64,000 nucleotides of DNA from a bacterium (GCA_963693055.1 OY843751.1:6208001-6272000), one strand, 5' to 3'; positions 21,181 to 32,308 are shown, numbered from the stretch's first letter. Translations and numbers: made by a program. Notes: generated by a model from the sequence alone, not told the origin.

Positions 21181-22203
21181 ATGGCAAAAGAAAAATATTA
21201 CATATTAATCAGTCGCTATCTGTCAGGAGAATTGTCAGAGCAGGAAAAGATTGATCTGAAAAATTGGATCAATGCATCTGATGAAAACCGACAGATATTT
21301 AACAACCTGGACCGTTTGTGGAATACAACCGAGACGCCGGAGCCGGATACTATCCCACCGTTTGAGAAGATTTGGGCCAACGTAGACTCTGAAATCAAAG
21401 CTGCTGATCCCAAATACTCGTCAGCGGACACATACAAGCTCAATTTATCCGGTATGTTTCAGAATATTTGGAAATTTGCATTTGCAGCACAGCATAAATA
21501 TGCGTTTGCGGCATTACTGGTTTTGGCTTTAGGAACAGGATTGTTGTTTAAAAATGTAAATCTGATAAATCCGTATCTAGAAGTAAAAACCGCTTATGCA
21601 CAACAAACCAAACTTTTACTTCCTGATAGCTCACAAATAGATTTAAATGCTGATACGGTTATAAAATATCACAAAGATTTTTCTGATTCCATACGTGCTG
21701 TCTATTTATCCGGACAGGCCTTTTTTCAAATTAAACATGATGGCAGGCCGTTTATTGTTCATACAGATAACGCTCAAATACGGGTATTGGGTACACAATT
21801 TGATGTAAAAGCTCGAGATCTTGTTACACGGGTTATTGTTAAGGAAGGACGTGTTGCGTTAGAATCCACAACAATTGCAGCAAACAAACTCATTTTACAA
21901 AAAAATGAAATGGGCGTTTGTGAAAAAAAATCTAATATATTGGAGCACAAGCCCGTTGACGCAATGTATATGATTGGCTGGTTAAACAATACTTTGGTTT
22001 TTGAAATGACACCTCTTTATGAAATCATAAAAGAACTGGAAAGACATTATAACAAGGAAATTGAATTGATCGATAGTAATGTTGGTTCAAAAACAATAAC
22101 CGGGGAATTTAAAGACCAAAGCATTGAGCAGGTTTTATCTGCAATTTGTATTACCCTTGATTTAAATTACTCTTTTGATAACGGCAGGTATATAATCAAA
22201 TAA
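21181..22203 (+). CDS. FecR-family anti-sigma/sensor
   Basis: N-terminal LISRYLSGELS...W; one TM segment; LPDSSQIDLN, GQAFF, IRVLGTQF; C-terminal TPLYEIIKELER. Confidence 0.9.
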   Translation: MAKEKYYILISRYLSGELSEQEKIDLKNWINASDENRQIFNNLDRLWNTTETPEPDTIPPFEKIWANVDSEIKAADPKYSSADTYKLNLSGMFQNIWKFAFAAQHKYAFAALLVLALGTGLLFKNVNLINPYLEVKTAYAQQTKLLLPDSSQIDLNADTVIKYHKDFSDSIRAVYLSGQAFFQIKHDGRPFIVHTDNAQIRVLGTQFDVKARDLVTRVIVKEGRVALESTTIAANKLILQKNEMGVCEKKSNILEHKPVDAMYMIGWLNNTLVFEMTPLYEIIKELERHYNKEIELIDSNVGSKTITGEFKDQSIEQVLSAICITLDLNYSFDNGRYIIK

Positions 22204-22246
22204 TACCTGTCCATAAACATTTCACAACGGCTTGTATTTATTCAAA

Positions 22247-24949
22247 ATGAAATTGCATAATTATATTTTTAGCATACTCTTTTTTCTGGGGCTTTTCACT
22301 TCTTTTGATATTTATTCTCAGGAATTCTCTCAAGACAGGCTTTTAACAATCCGATGTAGTGAAGCACCTTTGCGTTCAATATTAAATTTTATCTCTCGCA
22401 AAGAAAATGTCTCGTTTGTATATGACGATCTTTTGGTAAAAGACATATTCAAAACGATTGATATCAAAGACATGCTCCTGGAAAGCACTCTTGCTTTATT
22501 ATTTAAAGACACCCAAATCGATTACAAAAGAACCAATCAAAACCAATTTATCTTGTTCAAAGCAGCGCCCCGCATAATTGATGTAATGGGCCTGGTTTAT
22601 GATATCTCCAGCGGTGAATCTCTGCCATACGCAAACATACAAATCAAAGATACCCGTCAGGGTACAACTACAAATCAACATGGGTATTTTACCTTACTGA
22701 ATGTTCCTGTTGGTGAAACAATTCTGATTATTCAATATATCGGTTATGAAACCCGAATTTTAGATTTAAACCACTTTAATCAATTTAAAGATTTAAAAAT
22801 TGGTTTAAAACAAATCCCTCTGCTTACAAAAGAAATAACTATCAAAGGGGACTGGGTCAAAACGCTGCAGGCAGAAAAAGATGCGGGAAAATGTGCAATC
22901 TCTCCAAATCAACTTGCCTCACTGCCAGCAATAGGAGATAAAGATGTTTCCCGGGCATTACAATTATTACCGGGGATTACAACTGATAACTATGGGGGCT
23001 CTGGCGTTAATATTCGTGGTGGGCGGACTTCTGAGAACCTGATTTTGTTAGACGGCATGACACTCTACCACATGTATCATTCTTTTGGGTATTTTAGCGC
23101 ATTTAATTCCAATGTTATCAAAGACGTTCGGGTGTATAAAGGGGGCTTTCCGGCGAATTACGGAGATAGAATCTCTGGTGTTTTAAATATGACAATCAAA
23201 GATGGCAATTTTATCAAACCTCAAATCAATATTGGCGTCAATCAAATGTCAACACACGGTTCGCTCGAACTCCCCATCCAGGAAAAAGGATCGATTTTAA
23301 TATCCGGTAGAGGAACAATTTCTGATTATATTACAGGCTCTTTGTATGATAAAGTTTTTGTACCTCTTAACCGTAGAGTATCACCCATTCAATATGATCA
23401 GGAACTAAATACAGTAAGGTGGGACACACTAAAAACCACTAATGTTTCTTTTTATGATTTATTGAGTAAACTCACTTTCAACCCAGACAAGCACAATCTT
23501 TATACTTTTAGTTTTTATAAAAGTTATGATTCATTTGAATTTGAAAATCAAACCCAATTGTCCCAATATATAGAGTATTTCACATTATTAAAAAATAAAA
23601 ATGAGGCATCAAATTGGGGGAATACGGGCATTAGCGGTCAATGGTATCATGAATGGTCATCCAGAGCAAATAGCACACTTCAGGCGGCATACTCTAATTA
23701 CCATACCGATTATAACCTGATAGAATATTCGGATATGAGATTTGATAACAATGGCCAGGGAGCACACCATGGTGGCGATAATTGGCAGCTACTTCCCTCT
23801 GACTCTACAATAAATTATTCTTCAAAGGTCAACAATGATGTTAAAGATAAAACCCTCCGCTTTGAAAACGTATTCAAAGTAAATAAAGGTCTTGATTATG
23901 AGTTTGGGTTCAGTTATACGAATTATCAAATAAAGTATAGATTGGAGGAACTATTAAAATTAATGGAAGGTGACGAACCAGAGTTCATCGAGCAAAATGC
24001 AGGTGCTGAACTGTATACATATTACAATCATAGTAATTGGCAAGTCAATAAAAACCTTTTATGGAATCTGGGCCTAAGATCCAGTTATTATTCTTTGACA
24101 AACTCGACATATTTTGAGCCCCGTTTATCTGTCAATTACACACTATATGATAATTTTGTATTAAAATCTGCCTGGGGTAAATATAACCAATTTATATTAC
24201 AAGCGTATGAGGGAATAGAAGCACTTGATGGTCATATTTCATGGCTTTTAGCGAATAAAGATGAATGGATGCCTGCGTCTGCAATACATACAATTGCAGG
24301 GGTCCAATATAATACACCCAATTATGCGGTGGATATCGAGTTTTATACTAAAAATATGGAGGGTGAGCTAAATCCTCTGTATTACACCCAAAATATTGAT
24401 ACGAATAATATACAACAATCACAAAACTCTACAAAGGTCTACGGAGTTGATTTTTTAATTCACAAAAAAGCGGGTGTTTTAAATGGATGGTTGAGTTATA
24501 CCTATTCTAATTCAGAGTCACATTTTACCCAAAACCAAACATCATTCAATTATCAAACTTCTCACAACATTCCGCATAAATTGAATTTTGTCATGAATTA
24601 CAATTTTTCTCTTTTTGAAATGTCGTTGACATGGAACTATGCATCGGGCAGACCCTACAGTATACCAACAGTTGCACAATCTAGTGATGACGATATTCAC
24701 TATTTACAATTTTCGCCAGATACCTTTAACAAAGAACGTCTTCCAAACACTCAAAGAATTGATCTGAGCCTCAGTCGCTCTTTACACTATAAACATTTTT
24801 CAGGTAATGCCGGTATTTCTGTGTTTAACGTCCTCAATCAGGATAATATCTGGTATCGTTATTTTAATATTCTCAATAACAAATTAAATACAGTTGATGT
24901 ATATATGTTTGGTACCACAGTAACGCTCTCTCTTGATATCAACCTTTAA
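22247..24949 (+). CDS. TonB-dependent receptor with N-terminal signalling (STN) and carboxypeptidase-regulatory-like domains
   Basis: GESLPYANI...GTTTNQHGYF; plug LQLLPG...NIRGG...ENLILLDG; YKGGFPANYG; beta-barrel C-terminus. Alternative TTG start at 22232. Confidence 0.88.
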   Translation: MKLHNYIFSILFFLGLFTSFDIYSQEFSQDRLLTIRCSEAPLRSILNFISRKENVSFVYDDLLVKDIFKTIDIKDMLLESTLALLFKDTQIDYKRTNQNQFILFKAAPRIIDVMGLVYDISSGESLPYANIQIKDTRQGTTTNQHGYFTLLNVPVGETILIIQYIGYETRILDLNHFNQFKDLKIGLKQIPLLTKEITIKGDWVKTLQAEKDAGKCAISPNQLASLPAIGDKDVSRALQLLPGITTDNYGGSGVNIRGGRTSENLILLDGMTLYHMYHSFGYFSAFNSNVIKDVRVYKGGFPANYGDRISGVLNMTIKDGNFIKPQINIGVNQMSTHGSLELPIQEKGSILISGRGTISDYITGSLYDKVFVPLNRRVSPIQYDQELNTVRWDTLKTTNVSFYDLLSKLTFNPDKHNLYTFSFYKSYDSFEFENQTQLSQYIEYFTLLKNKNEASNWGNTGISGQWYHEWSSRANSTLQAAYSNYHTDYNLIEYSDMRFDNNGQGAHHGGDNWQLLPSDSTINYSSKVNNDVKDKTLRFENVFKVNKGLDYEFGFSYTNYQIKYRLEELLKLMEGDEPEFIEQNAGAELYTYYNHSNWQVNKNLLWNLGLRSSYYSLTNSTYFEPRLSVNYTLYDNFVLKSAWGKYNQFILQAYEGIEALDGHISWLLANKDEWMPASAIHTIAGVQYNTPNYAVDIEFYTKNMEGELNPLYYTQNIDTNNIQQSQNSTKVYGVDFLIHKKAGVLNGWLSYTYSNSESHFTQNQTSFNYQTSHNIPHKLNFVMNYNFSLFEMSLTWNYASGRPYSIPTVAQSSDDDIHYLQFSPDTFNKERLPNTQRIDLSLSRSLHYKHFSGNAGISVFNVLNQDNIWYRYFNILNNKLNTVDVYMFGTTVTLSLDINL

Positions 24950-25023
24950 ATCTGTCTCCTGTTTCCTTATTCATAAAAATCCTCTTTCTAATCTCCTGTT
25001 AATTAAATCTGCTGAAAAATGTG

Positions 25024-25057
25024 GATAGGGTTTTTACTGCCTGTCTTTGTATCTATA
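25024..25057 (+). promoter_or_regulatory. Second copy of the putative ECF-sigma promoter, upstream of the radical SAM gene
   Basis: GATAGGGTTTTT-N10-TTTGTA. Confidence 0.45.
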
Positions 25058-25151
25058 TGTTGAAAACATAACCGATCGCAAAAAATTGTGAGCAAAGTAA
25101 TGATACTCGACTCCGTTAATATGATCACGAATACAAAAGCAGGGAGAATAC

Positions 25152-26216
25152 ATGTTATTAAACCAAATTACCAATACCGTAAATAAAAAACTGAGCACAA
25201 ATTTGGGATGTTTATTATCAAAACCCTTTCAGATTTCATTAAATATCACATATAGATGTAATGCCAAATGTCAAATGTGTACCTGTTGGAAAGAAAAAAA
25301 TGACTATCTTGATAAAAATGAGATCCTAACAATGATCAACCAATTACACAACTGGATAGGAAGTGGATTCTTTTTAAACATTAGCGGGGGCGAACCGTTA
25401 ATTTATAAACAGATCTTTGAAGTATTTAAACATTGCAATGATCTGGGTATCTTTTGCAAGCTCTCAACAAATGGTCTGGCGTTTACTGAAAATACATTGA
25501 ACAAAATTCTGGAATCTCAATTGCCCTACCTGTCTGTCTCTCTTGACAGCCATAAACCCTCCTTACACGATAAAATCCGGGGAGTGGAGGGTATGTTCAA
25601 TAAAGCAATCAATGGAATTAAATATCTGAGTAATAACGGAGATATTAAAATCGGTGTGGCTTCTGTGTTAATGAAAGACAATCTATCAACATTTGCCGAT
25701 TCTGTTAGATTTTTTCTGGATTTGCCCATCAACAGATATTTGTTCCAGCCCATCCGTTCATATAATCTGCCAAAAGACCGGTGGCCCGAATATGAATACT
25801 GGATCAACGATCAAGTCGGCTTGTCTCAACTCTCTGAACAACTGTTATCTATTAAACATCTGGATTCCAGGTTTTTCAACAGCATTAATGACATTGTCGG
25901 ATTGGAAGCATATTTCATGAATAGTGCCGAAACACAAATTAAACGCTGTACCATTGGTTATGAAAAACTAAATATTAGCCACACCGGAGATGTGTTCCTG
26001 GGTTGTACGCATTACGGAAGTATTGGAAATATCAAAAATGGTAAAATTCGTGATTTATGGCATTCGGAAAAGGCAAAAAGAATTAGAGAAAAGATGTTAA
26101 CATGCTCCATTCCCTGCACGTCTAATTGCAGCAAAGAGTTGTCTGCTTTTGAAAAATTGCAAAGGTTCTATCACATCCGGTTTGCCACTCAAGCTAAGCA
26201 AGCTATAAAATCATAA
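25152..26216 (+). CDS. Radical SAM protein with a SPASM/twitch domain
   Basis: CNAKCQMC (CxxxCxxC), SGGEP, VSLDS...HDKIRG; C-terminal CTIG...GDVFLGC...CSIPCTSNC. Confidence 0.9.
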   Translation: MLLNQITNTVNKKLSTNLGCLLSKPFQISLNITYRCNAKCQMCTCWKEKNDYLDKNEILTMINQLHNWIGSGFFLNISGGEPLIYKQIFEVFKHCNDLGIFCKLSTNGLAFTENTLNKILESQLPYLSVSLDSHKPSLHDKIRGVEGMFNKAINGIKYLSNNGDIKIGVASVLMKDNLSTFADSVRFFLDLPINRYLFQPIRSYNLPKDRWPEYEYWINDQVGLSQLSEQLLSIKHLDSRFFNSINDIVGLEAYFMNSAETQIKRCTIGYEKLNISHTGDVFLGCTHYGSIGNIKNGKIRDLWHSEKAKRIREKMLTCSIPCTSNCSKELSAFEKLQRFYHIRFATQAKQAIKS

Positions 26217-26226
26217 CAAAAAACTC

Positions 26227-26251
26227 GCCCGGTACCTCTCTGTTACCGGGC
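26227..26251 (+). terminator. Hairpin after the radical SAM gene
   Basis: GCCCGGTA / TACCGGGC stem. Confidence 0.4.
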
Positions 26252-26503
26252 AATAAAATTAAAACAACCATCCTTCTCCAAATAAAATTTTTCTCGTCTC
26301 AACAATTCTGACATCTTTTTCCCCTTCCCGGACATGGCATAATTGTTGATGTATTTCCACAACTGACAACACATAGATTAACGTATCATATATAAAAACA
26401 ACACGATACGCCATTTTGTCCTTGCTATGTTACGGCTAAACTGTGACATAGAATCTACAACTCTAAATTCATTAAAACATTCATTCCAACAAGGGAACTC
26501 GAA

Positions 26504-27013
26504 ATGAAAAAACATGCATTTTTCTTATCCATTATTACCGTAATAACAGTCCTGTTTTCAATTTCCTGCTCAGACAACAGCAATATGGAAACGGCAACAC
26601 CCGTTTCTCCCGGGCTGAGTGGTAATGCCAATGAAATAGAGATCACCCCCTCTCTTCGTGAAACGGAAACAGAGTCCGAAAGTAAACTCGCCAAAACCAT
26701 GGATGAGGTCAACTGGGATGATTACAGCCTGGTTATGAGGGACAATGAAAGATATTTCTATTTCTTTAATAAATCCAACAACATTTATAGCGGAAAGGTA
26801 TATTACAAAGCATCGGGTTATAAGTATCGCGGCGAATGTAAAATGATTAATAGAGGTACTGCCGCAATTGCACTATGGTACTTTGATTCAAGATATGATA
26901 ATAACAAAATAACAACTATCACCGCACCGGGTACCGGTGGTGGAAAACTTTATTATCAACCCCAAAATTGTGTATGGAATGTTAGCTTATCCATTCAAAA
27001 AGGTTCGTTATAA
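26504..27013 (+). CDS. Hypothetical lipoprotein
   Basis: Signal peptide with SISC lipobox, acidic linker and a small beta-rich domain. Confidence 0.7.
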   Translation: MKKHAFFLSIITVITVLFSISCSDNSNMETATPVSPGLSGNANEIEITPSLRETETESESKLAKTMDEVNWDDYSLVMRDNERYFYFFNKSNNIYSGKVYYKASGYKYRGECKMINRGTAAIALWYFDSRYDNNKITTITAPGTGGGKLYYQPQNCVWNVSLSIQKGSL

Positions 27014-27033
27014 TGACTTGTCGAGGGAAATTC

Positions 27034-28272
27034 ATGAAAAAAAAATATATACTCTTTTTATGTATCATTATAACTCTATCCATTCTGTCTTTAATGACAG
27101 CCTGCAGTAAAGATTCTGATCCGGTGTCACCTGACACGAGTACAAAAACAGACACATTGAGTGTGGGTGTGATCATCCCTATGACCGGCAGTGGCCCACT
27201 GTTAAAAGATCCGGAAATTGCGGCCATTGATCTGGCATTACAGGATGTAAACCAATATCTTGCCGAACAAGGAACAGGCAAATATATTCACGCAGAGATC
27301 CGGGACAGCAAGTTTTCCGCTCTGGACATTCAAGACGCCCTGGAATTTTTTAATGAAAACAATATAAAGATTATTGTTTTCTCTGGTACCAGCGCAAATC
27401 TGCAATCGGTTGAGAATTATGTCAATAACAACAACATGTTGTTAATTAATCAAACAAGTACCTCTGCTGAACTTTCTCAGGAAGATAATATCTTTCGGCT
27501 TGTCCCGGATGATAATTATCTTGCAAATGCAATGGCCCAATCTATGGTTCAACAGTCTGTGAATAAATCCGTTGTGCTCTATCGCGGTGATGTTTGGGGC
27601 TGCGGTTTGGCGGAATCCTTTGAATCCGCATTTATCGCACTCGGGGGCTCAATACTTGAAAAGATCGGCTATGATCCACGTTATACAACAACAGAGCTTG
27701 AAGACGCATTGAACAGATCAAACACGTTGGTGGAAAATGCAATTTCATCCGGAGATGCTGACAATGTTGCCATGACCTGCCTTTGCTTTGAAGAGGGAAT
27801 AGAGCTGTTAAAACTGTCTGCTGATAAATCCAGCCTGGATAAAATGAGCTGGTACAGCAGCGATGGTATGGCACAAAATCAGGCGTTGTTGGTTGACTCG
27901 ACTGCTGCATCGTTTGCCGCTAAAGTCGGATTCTTTTCTCCCATCATGGCTGAAAATTATACCACTGCCGGACAAACTATCAGCAACCGGATTGAAGAAC
28001 AAATCGGGTACACACCCTATTCCTGGGCTGTTGTTCTCTATGATGCATTTTGGACTGCAGCATTGACCCGAATTGACGATAATTATAGCTATGATATTAA
28101 TGATATAAAATCGGTGTTTCTCAGCGTTTTAGAAAATTATGATGCCGTCAGTGGTGACATTATTTTGAACGATAACGGTGATCGCGCCAGCAGTCCTTAT
28201 GATTTCTGGCAGGTAATCGGTAGTAACGATGCGTATCAATGGACAAAGGCATTTACCTTTCAGGGTGAATAA
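27034..28272 (+). CDS. Type I periplasmic binding-protein lipoprotein (LivJ/K-like)
   Basis: MTAC lipobox; VGVIIPMTG, NIFRLVPDD, YRGDVWG, YDAFW, GDIILNDNGDR. No ABC permease or ATPase adjacent. Confidence 0.8.
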   Translation: MKKKYILFLCIIITLSILSLMTACSKDSDPVSPDTSTKTDTLSVGVIIPMTGSGPLLKDPEIAAIDLALQDVNQYLAEQGTGKYIHAEIRDSKFSALDIQDALEFFNENNIKIIVFSGTSANLQSVENYVNNNNMLLINQTSTSAELSQEDNIFRLVPDDNYLANAMAQSMVQQSVNKSVVLYRGDVWGCGLAESFESAFIALGGSILEKIGYDPRYTTTELEDALNRSNTLVENAISSGDADNVAMTCLCFEEGIELLKLSADKSSLDKMSWYSSDGMAQNQALLVDSTAASFAAKVGFFSPIMAENYTTAGQTISNRIEEQIGYTPYSWAVVLYDAFWTAALTRIDDNYSYDINDIKSVFLSVLENYDAVSGDIILNDNGDRASSPYDFWQVIGSNDAYQWTKAFTFQGE

Positions 28273-28288
28273 ATATATTATACTTAAA

Positions 28289-28330
28289 CTCTGACCGAAA
28301 TATATGTTTCGGTCAGAGATAATATTTTTT
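28289..28330 (+). terminator. Rho-independent terminator
   Basis: CTCTGACCGAAA / TTTCGGTCAGAG stem followed by a T-rich run. Confidence 0.6.
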
Positions 28331-28471
28331 TCTGCTTTTAACATATTTTAAACCTTATAAAAACTCTCCACAATATTTTCCCTTGCATATTTCCGCCAGA
28401 ATATATTAATTGAATAATTAAAAATTTAACGAACCATACTTGTGCTTAATCAATCCTAACCGGAGAAATCT

Positions 28472-31400
28472 ATGAAAAAACCCGTTCTGCTCTACCTTGT
28501 GTTCCTGCTTTTTCTATTTTTGCTTGCCGGATCTGTATCCGCGTCTCAAACCGTTACTTCATTTTCCCAAATCGAATCCTTGTTTCAAAATCCGCCTGTT
28601 GAATACTCGAGCGCGCCGCTCTGGGTCTGGAATAATGATGTGGATGAAAAAGAGATCGATCTGCAACTGCAGGAAATGCAGCAGGGCGGTATTCACAGTG
28701 TGTTTATTCACCCCCGTCCCGGTTTAAAAACCCCGTATCTGTCTGACCGATGGTACCAACTGTGCAAGTATACGGTAGACAAGGCAAAAGAAAGAGATAT
28801 GGATGTCTGGCTTTACGATGAAAATTCGTATCCCAGTGGATTTGCGGGGGGTAACGTTCCCGCGCAAATGCCCGAATCATACAACCAGGGCCAGGGACTG
28901 GTTATGGAACAGGCCTCTCAACTTTCCGGGGACATGGGTAACTATGCATTCATACTGAAAAAAGAGGGAGATGTTTTTACTGATATCACAACCACAGTAA
29001 GAAACGAGCTGAACAAAAACGGTGATTATTACCTGTTTAAAAAAACCTATTATGGTAAATCTCCCTGGAACGGCGGCTACTCGTATGTGGATCTCTTGTA
29101 TCCAGGTGTGACTGAAAAATTCATCGATGTTACCATGACTGGTTATGAAAAAGCCATTGGCAAGGATTTCGGCAAACGGGTGCCGGGTATCTTTACAGAC
29201 GAGCCCAACATCAGTCCTCCGGGTGGTATTAAATATACACCCACATTGTTTGACGATTTTGAAAAACAATGGGGATACGATCTAAAACTCCATCTTCCTT
29301 CCTTGTACCAAGAGGTTGGAGATTGGAAAGTAGTCCGTCATAATTACTATTCTCTGTTGTTAGAGCTTTTTACCGAGCGCTGGAGCAAGCTCTGGTACGA
29401 GTATTGTGAAAATCACAATTTAAAATGGACCGGGCACTATTGGGACCATGACTGGCCCAAACCCTTGAACGGTTCAGACAATATGGCCATGTACGCATGG
29501 CACCAGGTACCCGCTATCGATTTATTGATGAACCAGTACAGCGAAAGTGTAAATGGTCAATTTGGAAACGTAAGAATCGTCAAAGAACTTGCAAGTGTTG
29601 CCAATCAATTGGGCCGAACACGTACTTTGAGCGAAACCTATGGCGCAGGTGGTTGGGACCTGACATTTGAAGATATGAAGCGCATAGGTGAATGGGAATA
29701 TGTGCTGGGTGTTAATTTTCTTGATCAGCATTTGTCTTATATAACTATTGCCGGGGCCCGTAAACGTGACCATCCGCAATCTTTTTCCTATCATGAGCCC
29801 TGGTGGAAATTTTATAAATCTCAGGGAGATTATTTCAGCAGATTGTCTGTAGCGCTTTCATCAGGTAAACAGGTTAACGACATCCTGGTACTTGAACCGA
29901 CCACTACATCGTGGCTGTATTTTTCTCCAACTCAGCCCAATTTGCAATATGATAAATTGGGGCCTGTTTTTCAAAAATTTGTAACCGATCTGGAAGCATA
30001 TCAGGTTGAATATGATTTGGGCTCAGAATATATCATTAAAAATTGGGGAAAAGTTAAAGGGAATGAATTTATTATTGGAGAACGGGCTTATAAACAAATT
30101 ATCATTCCTCCTTCATTTGAAAATTACAATAAAGACGTTTTGGATTTGTTAAAAACATATACCGATAACGGAGGCGAAGTCATATCCTTTAACGGTTCTC
30201 CACAATATGTTAATGGCAAGAATGCTACTGATTTGGGTTTTACCCAAAAATGGAATTACGTACAATCGCTTTCTCCGGCTGTGCTTAAAAAATTGGAATC
30301 CGAGACAATTCAGTTCCAATCCCCTGAAAATGCCGGTGGTAAATTGTTTCATCACAGACGTATTCTGGATGATGGACAGCTCGTCTATCTGGTCAATACA
30401 GATCTGCAAAACTGGTCAATCGGCTCATTTACCCTTCAGGCAAAATCACTTCAAGAACTGGATCCGCAAACCGGATCATTTTCACCGTATCCCGCGGCGC
30501 AAAACGGTAACAATCTGGATGTCAGCTTTGATATTCCACCGGCAGGAAGCCTCTTGTTATATGCCGGAAATACCGGAGAGACGTTTACGGCATCGCAGAA
30601 AAAAGCAGAATTTCGAATTCTGGATCCTGTAACTAAAATGGATATCAAGCGTCTGGCACCCAATACGCTTGTCCTGGATTTTTGTGATCTAACGCTCGAA
30701 GGAAAAACAGATAAGGATATTTATTTTTTCAAAGCTGCGGACAAGGTTTTCCGTCATTATGGATTTGAGGGCAATCCCTGGAGCACATCGGTTCAATACA
30801 AATCCGCAATCCTGGATCGGGATAATTTTTCAAAAGATACCGGATTTAGTGCGGTTTTTCACTTTGATGTAGACAAAAACGTTAACACCAATGCAATAAA
30901 AGCAGCCATTGAACGACCCGAATTGTGGACGGTTACCATAAATGGGAATCCTGTCAAGGCTACTGAGGGTGAATGCTGGCTGGACAGGGCTATTGGTGTA
31001 TATGAAATTGGGAGTTATATAAAACCGGGCGAGAATCAAATCCGTTTGGCTGTATCTCCCATGTCAGTACATGCTGAACTGGAGCCCATTTATCTGCTGG
31101 GTGATTTTAATCTGGAATCTCAGGACAAAGGATGGAAACTGGTGCCCTCTCAAAAGCTATTACTGGATAGCTGGAAAAACCAGGGAATTCCTTTTTATTC
31201 AGATGGTGTGGAATATACCAGCACATATACATTGGATTCGAAAGACAAACGATATGTTGTCAAACTAGCAGACTGGGCCGGCAGTGTTGCCGAGATTCAG
31301 GTAAATGGAAATCCCGCCGGGTTGGTTTACTCTCCACCTTATGAGCTCGATGTCACGGATTTTACAAAACCAGGCAAAAACCAAATTTCGGTATCTGTAT

Positions 31401-32275
31401 ACGGAACCCTGAAAAACCAGTTGGGACCCCACCATATCGGAAACACCCGGGGAAGTGCATGGCCAAGTTCTTTTGAAGCGGCACCTGAACATGAACCCGC
31501 TGGAAACGATTATAACTTTATCGATTATGGATTGTTTAAAAATTTTATAGTTATTGAAATTTCAGGCCCCCAACAGCGAGTTTATTGGCGCAATTATAAA
31601 GTTGCAAAACCTGAATTTGCATCCGTGCAATCCTTATATGTTGATTCACCTGCAACCATAAGTTTGAATTGCGCTACAGACGGAGCAGAAATTCATTACA
31701 CACTTGATGGTAGTGATCCTCAGCTTTCTTCTACTAAATATAGCAAACCCTTTATTGTTGAAAAGAGTACTGCCATAAAAGCACAGGCCTTTAAAAAAGG
31801 AAAGATTGAAAGCGATATTGCAGAACAAAGCATCAATATTGTTAGCAGTAAAAAGAATGGCGTTTCTTATAAATATTATGAAGGATTTTGGAATGACATT
31901 CCGGATTTTGAAAAACTTGCTGCAATAAAATCCGGTAAATCCTATGAAATGGATATAAGCAAACTCAAACAGAGAAACACGCAATTTGCATTTATATTCA
32001 ACACAAACTTGGAAATTGATGAGGGCGGAACGTACACATTCTACTTGAACTCTAACGATGGAAGCATGCTCTATATTGATGGCAAACTTGTTGTGGACAA
32101 TGGTGGAGCGCACGGTTTGCAGGAACGGCAAGGGAATGTAATCCTGGAACCGGGTAAACACGCTATATTGATCCATTATTTTGATGGCGGCGGTAGCCAG
32201 GCTTTTGAAATCTCTTATAAAGGCCCTGAACTGGAAAAACAATTGTTAAAACTTGATAAATTATTTGTGGATTGA
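28472..32275 (+). CDS. GH106-like glycoside hydrolase (alpha-L-rhamnosidase-like) with Fn3-associated and PA14 domains
   Basis: PLWVWN...FIHPRPGL...WLYDENSYPSGFAGG, IFTDEP, LSETYG...GW; C-terminal IHYTLDGSDP and LNSNDGS...NGGAH. Confidence 0.8.
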   Translation: MKKPVLLYLVFLLFLFLLAGSVSASQTVTSFSQIESLFQNPPVEYSSAPLWVWNNDVDEKEIDLQLQEMQQGGIHSVFIHPRPGLKTPYLSDRWYQLCKYTVDKAKERDMDVWLYDENSYPSGFAGGNVPAQMPESYNQGQGLVMEQASQLSGDMGNYAFILKKEGDVFTDITTTVRNELNKNGDYYLFKKTYYGKSPWNGGYSYVDLLYPGVTEKFIDVTMTGYEKAIGKDFGKRVPGIFTDEPNISPPGGIKYTPTLFDDFEKQWGYDLKLHLPSLYQEVGDWKVVRHNYYSLLLELFTERWSKLWYEYCENHNLKWTGHYWDHDWPKPLNGSDNMAMYAWHQVPAIDLLMNQYSESVNGQFGNVRIVKELASVANQLGRTRTLSETYGAGGWDLTFEDMKRIGEWEYVLGVNFLDQHLSYITIAGARKRDHPQSFSYHEPWWKFYKSQGDYFSRLSVALSSGKQVNDILVLEPTTTSWLYFSPTQPNLQYDKLGPVFQKFVTDLEAYQVEYDLGSEYIIKNWGKVKGNEFIIGERAYKQIIIPPSFENYNKDVLDLLKTYTDNGGEVISFNGSPQYVNGKNATDLGFTQKWNYVQSLSPAVLKKLESETIQFQSPENAGGKLFHHRRILDDGQLVYLVNTDLQNWSIGSFTLQAKSLQELDPQTGSFSPYPAAQNGNNLDVSFDIPPAGSLLLYAGNTGETFTASQKKAEFRILDPVTKMDIKRLAPNTLVLDFCDLTLEGKTDKDIYFFKAADKVFRHYGFEGNPWSTSVQYKSAILDRDNFSKDTGFSAVFHFDVDKNVNTNAIKAAIERPELWTVTINGNPVKATEGECWLDRAIGVYEIGSYIKPGENQIRLAVSPMSVHAELEPIYLLGDFNLESQDKGWKLVPSQKLLLDSWKNQGIPFYSDGVEYTSTYTLDSKDKRYVVKLADWAGSVAEIQVNGNPAGLVYSPPYELDVTDFTKPGKNQISVSVYGTLKNQLGPHHIGNTRGSAWPSSFEAAPEHEPAGNDYNFIDYGLFKNFIVIEISGPQQRVYWRNYKVAKPEFASVQSLYVDSPATISLNCATDGAEIHYTLDGSDPQLSSTKYSKPFIVEKSTAIKAQAFKKGKIESDIAEQSINIVSSKKNGVSYKYYEGFWNDIPDFEKLAAIKSGKSYEMDISKLKQRNTQFAFIFNTNLEIDEGGTYTFYLNSNDGSMLYIDGKLVVDNGGAHGLQERQGNVILEPGKHAILIHYFDGGGSQAFEISYKGPELEKQLLKLDKLFVD

Positions 32276-32282
32276 TCTTATT

Positions 32283-32308
32283 TGCCCGGCACCTACAAGT
32301 GCCGGGCA
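32283..32308. terminator. Hairpin between convergent genes
   Basis: TGCCCGGCAC / GTGCCGGGCA stem. Confidence 0.55.

Noticed and set aside
24950-26503. Search for a RiPP precursor peptide around the radical SAM gene
   Set aside because: Only very short ORFs without an RBS or precursor-like composition were found.
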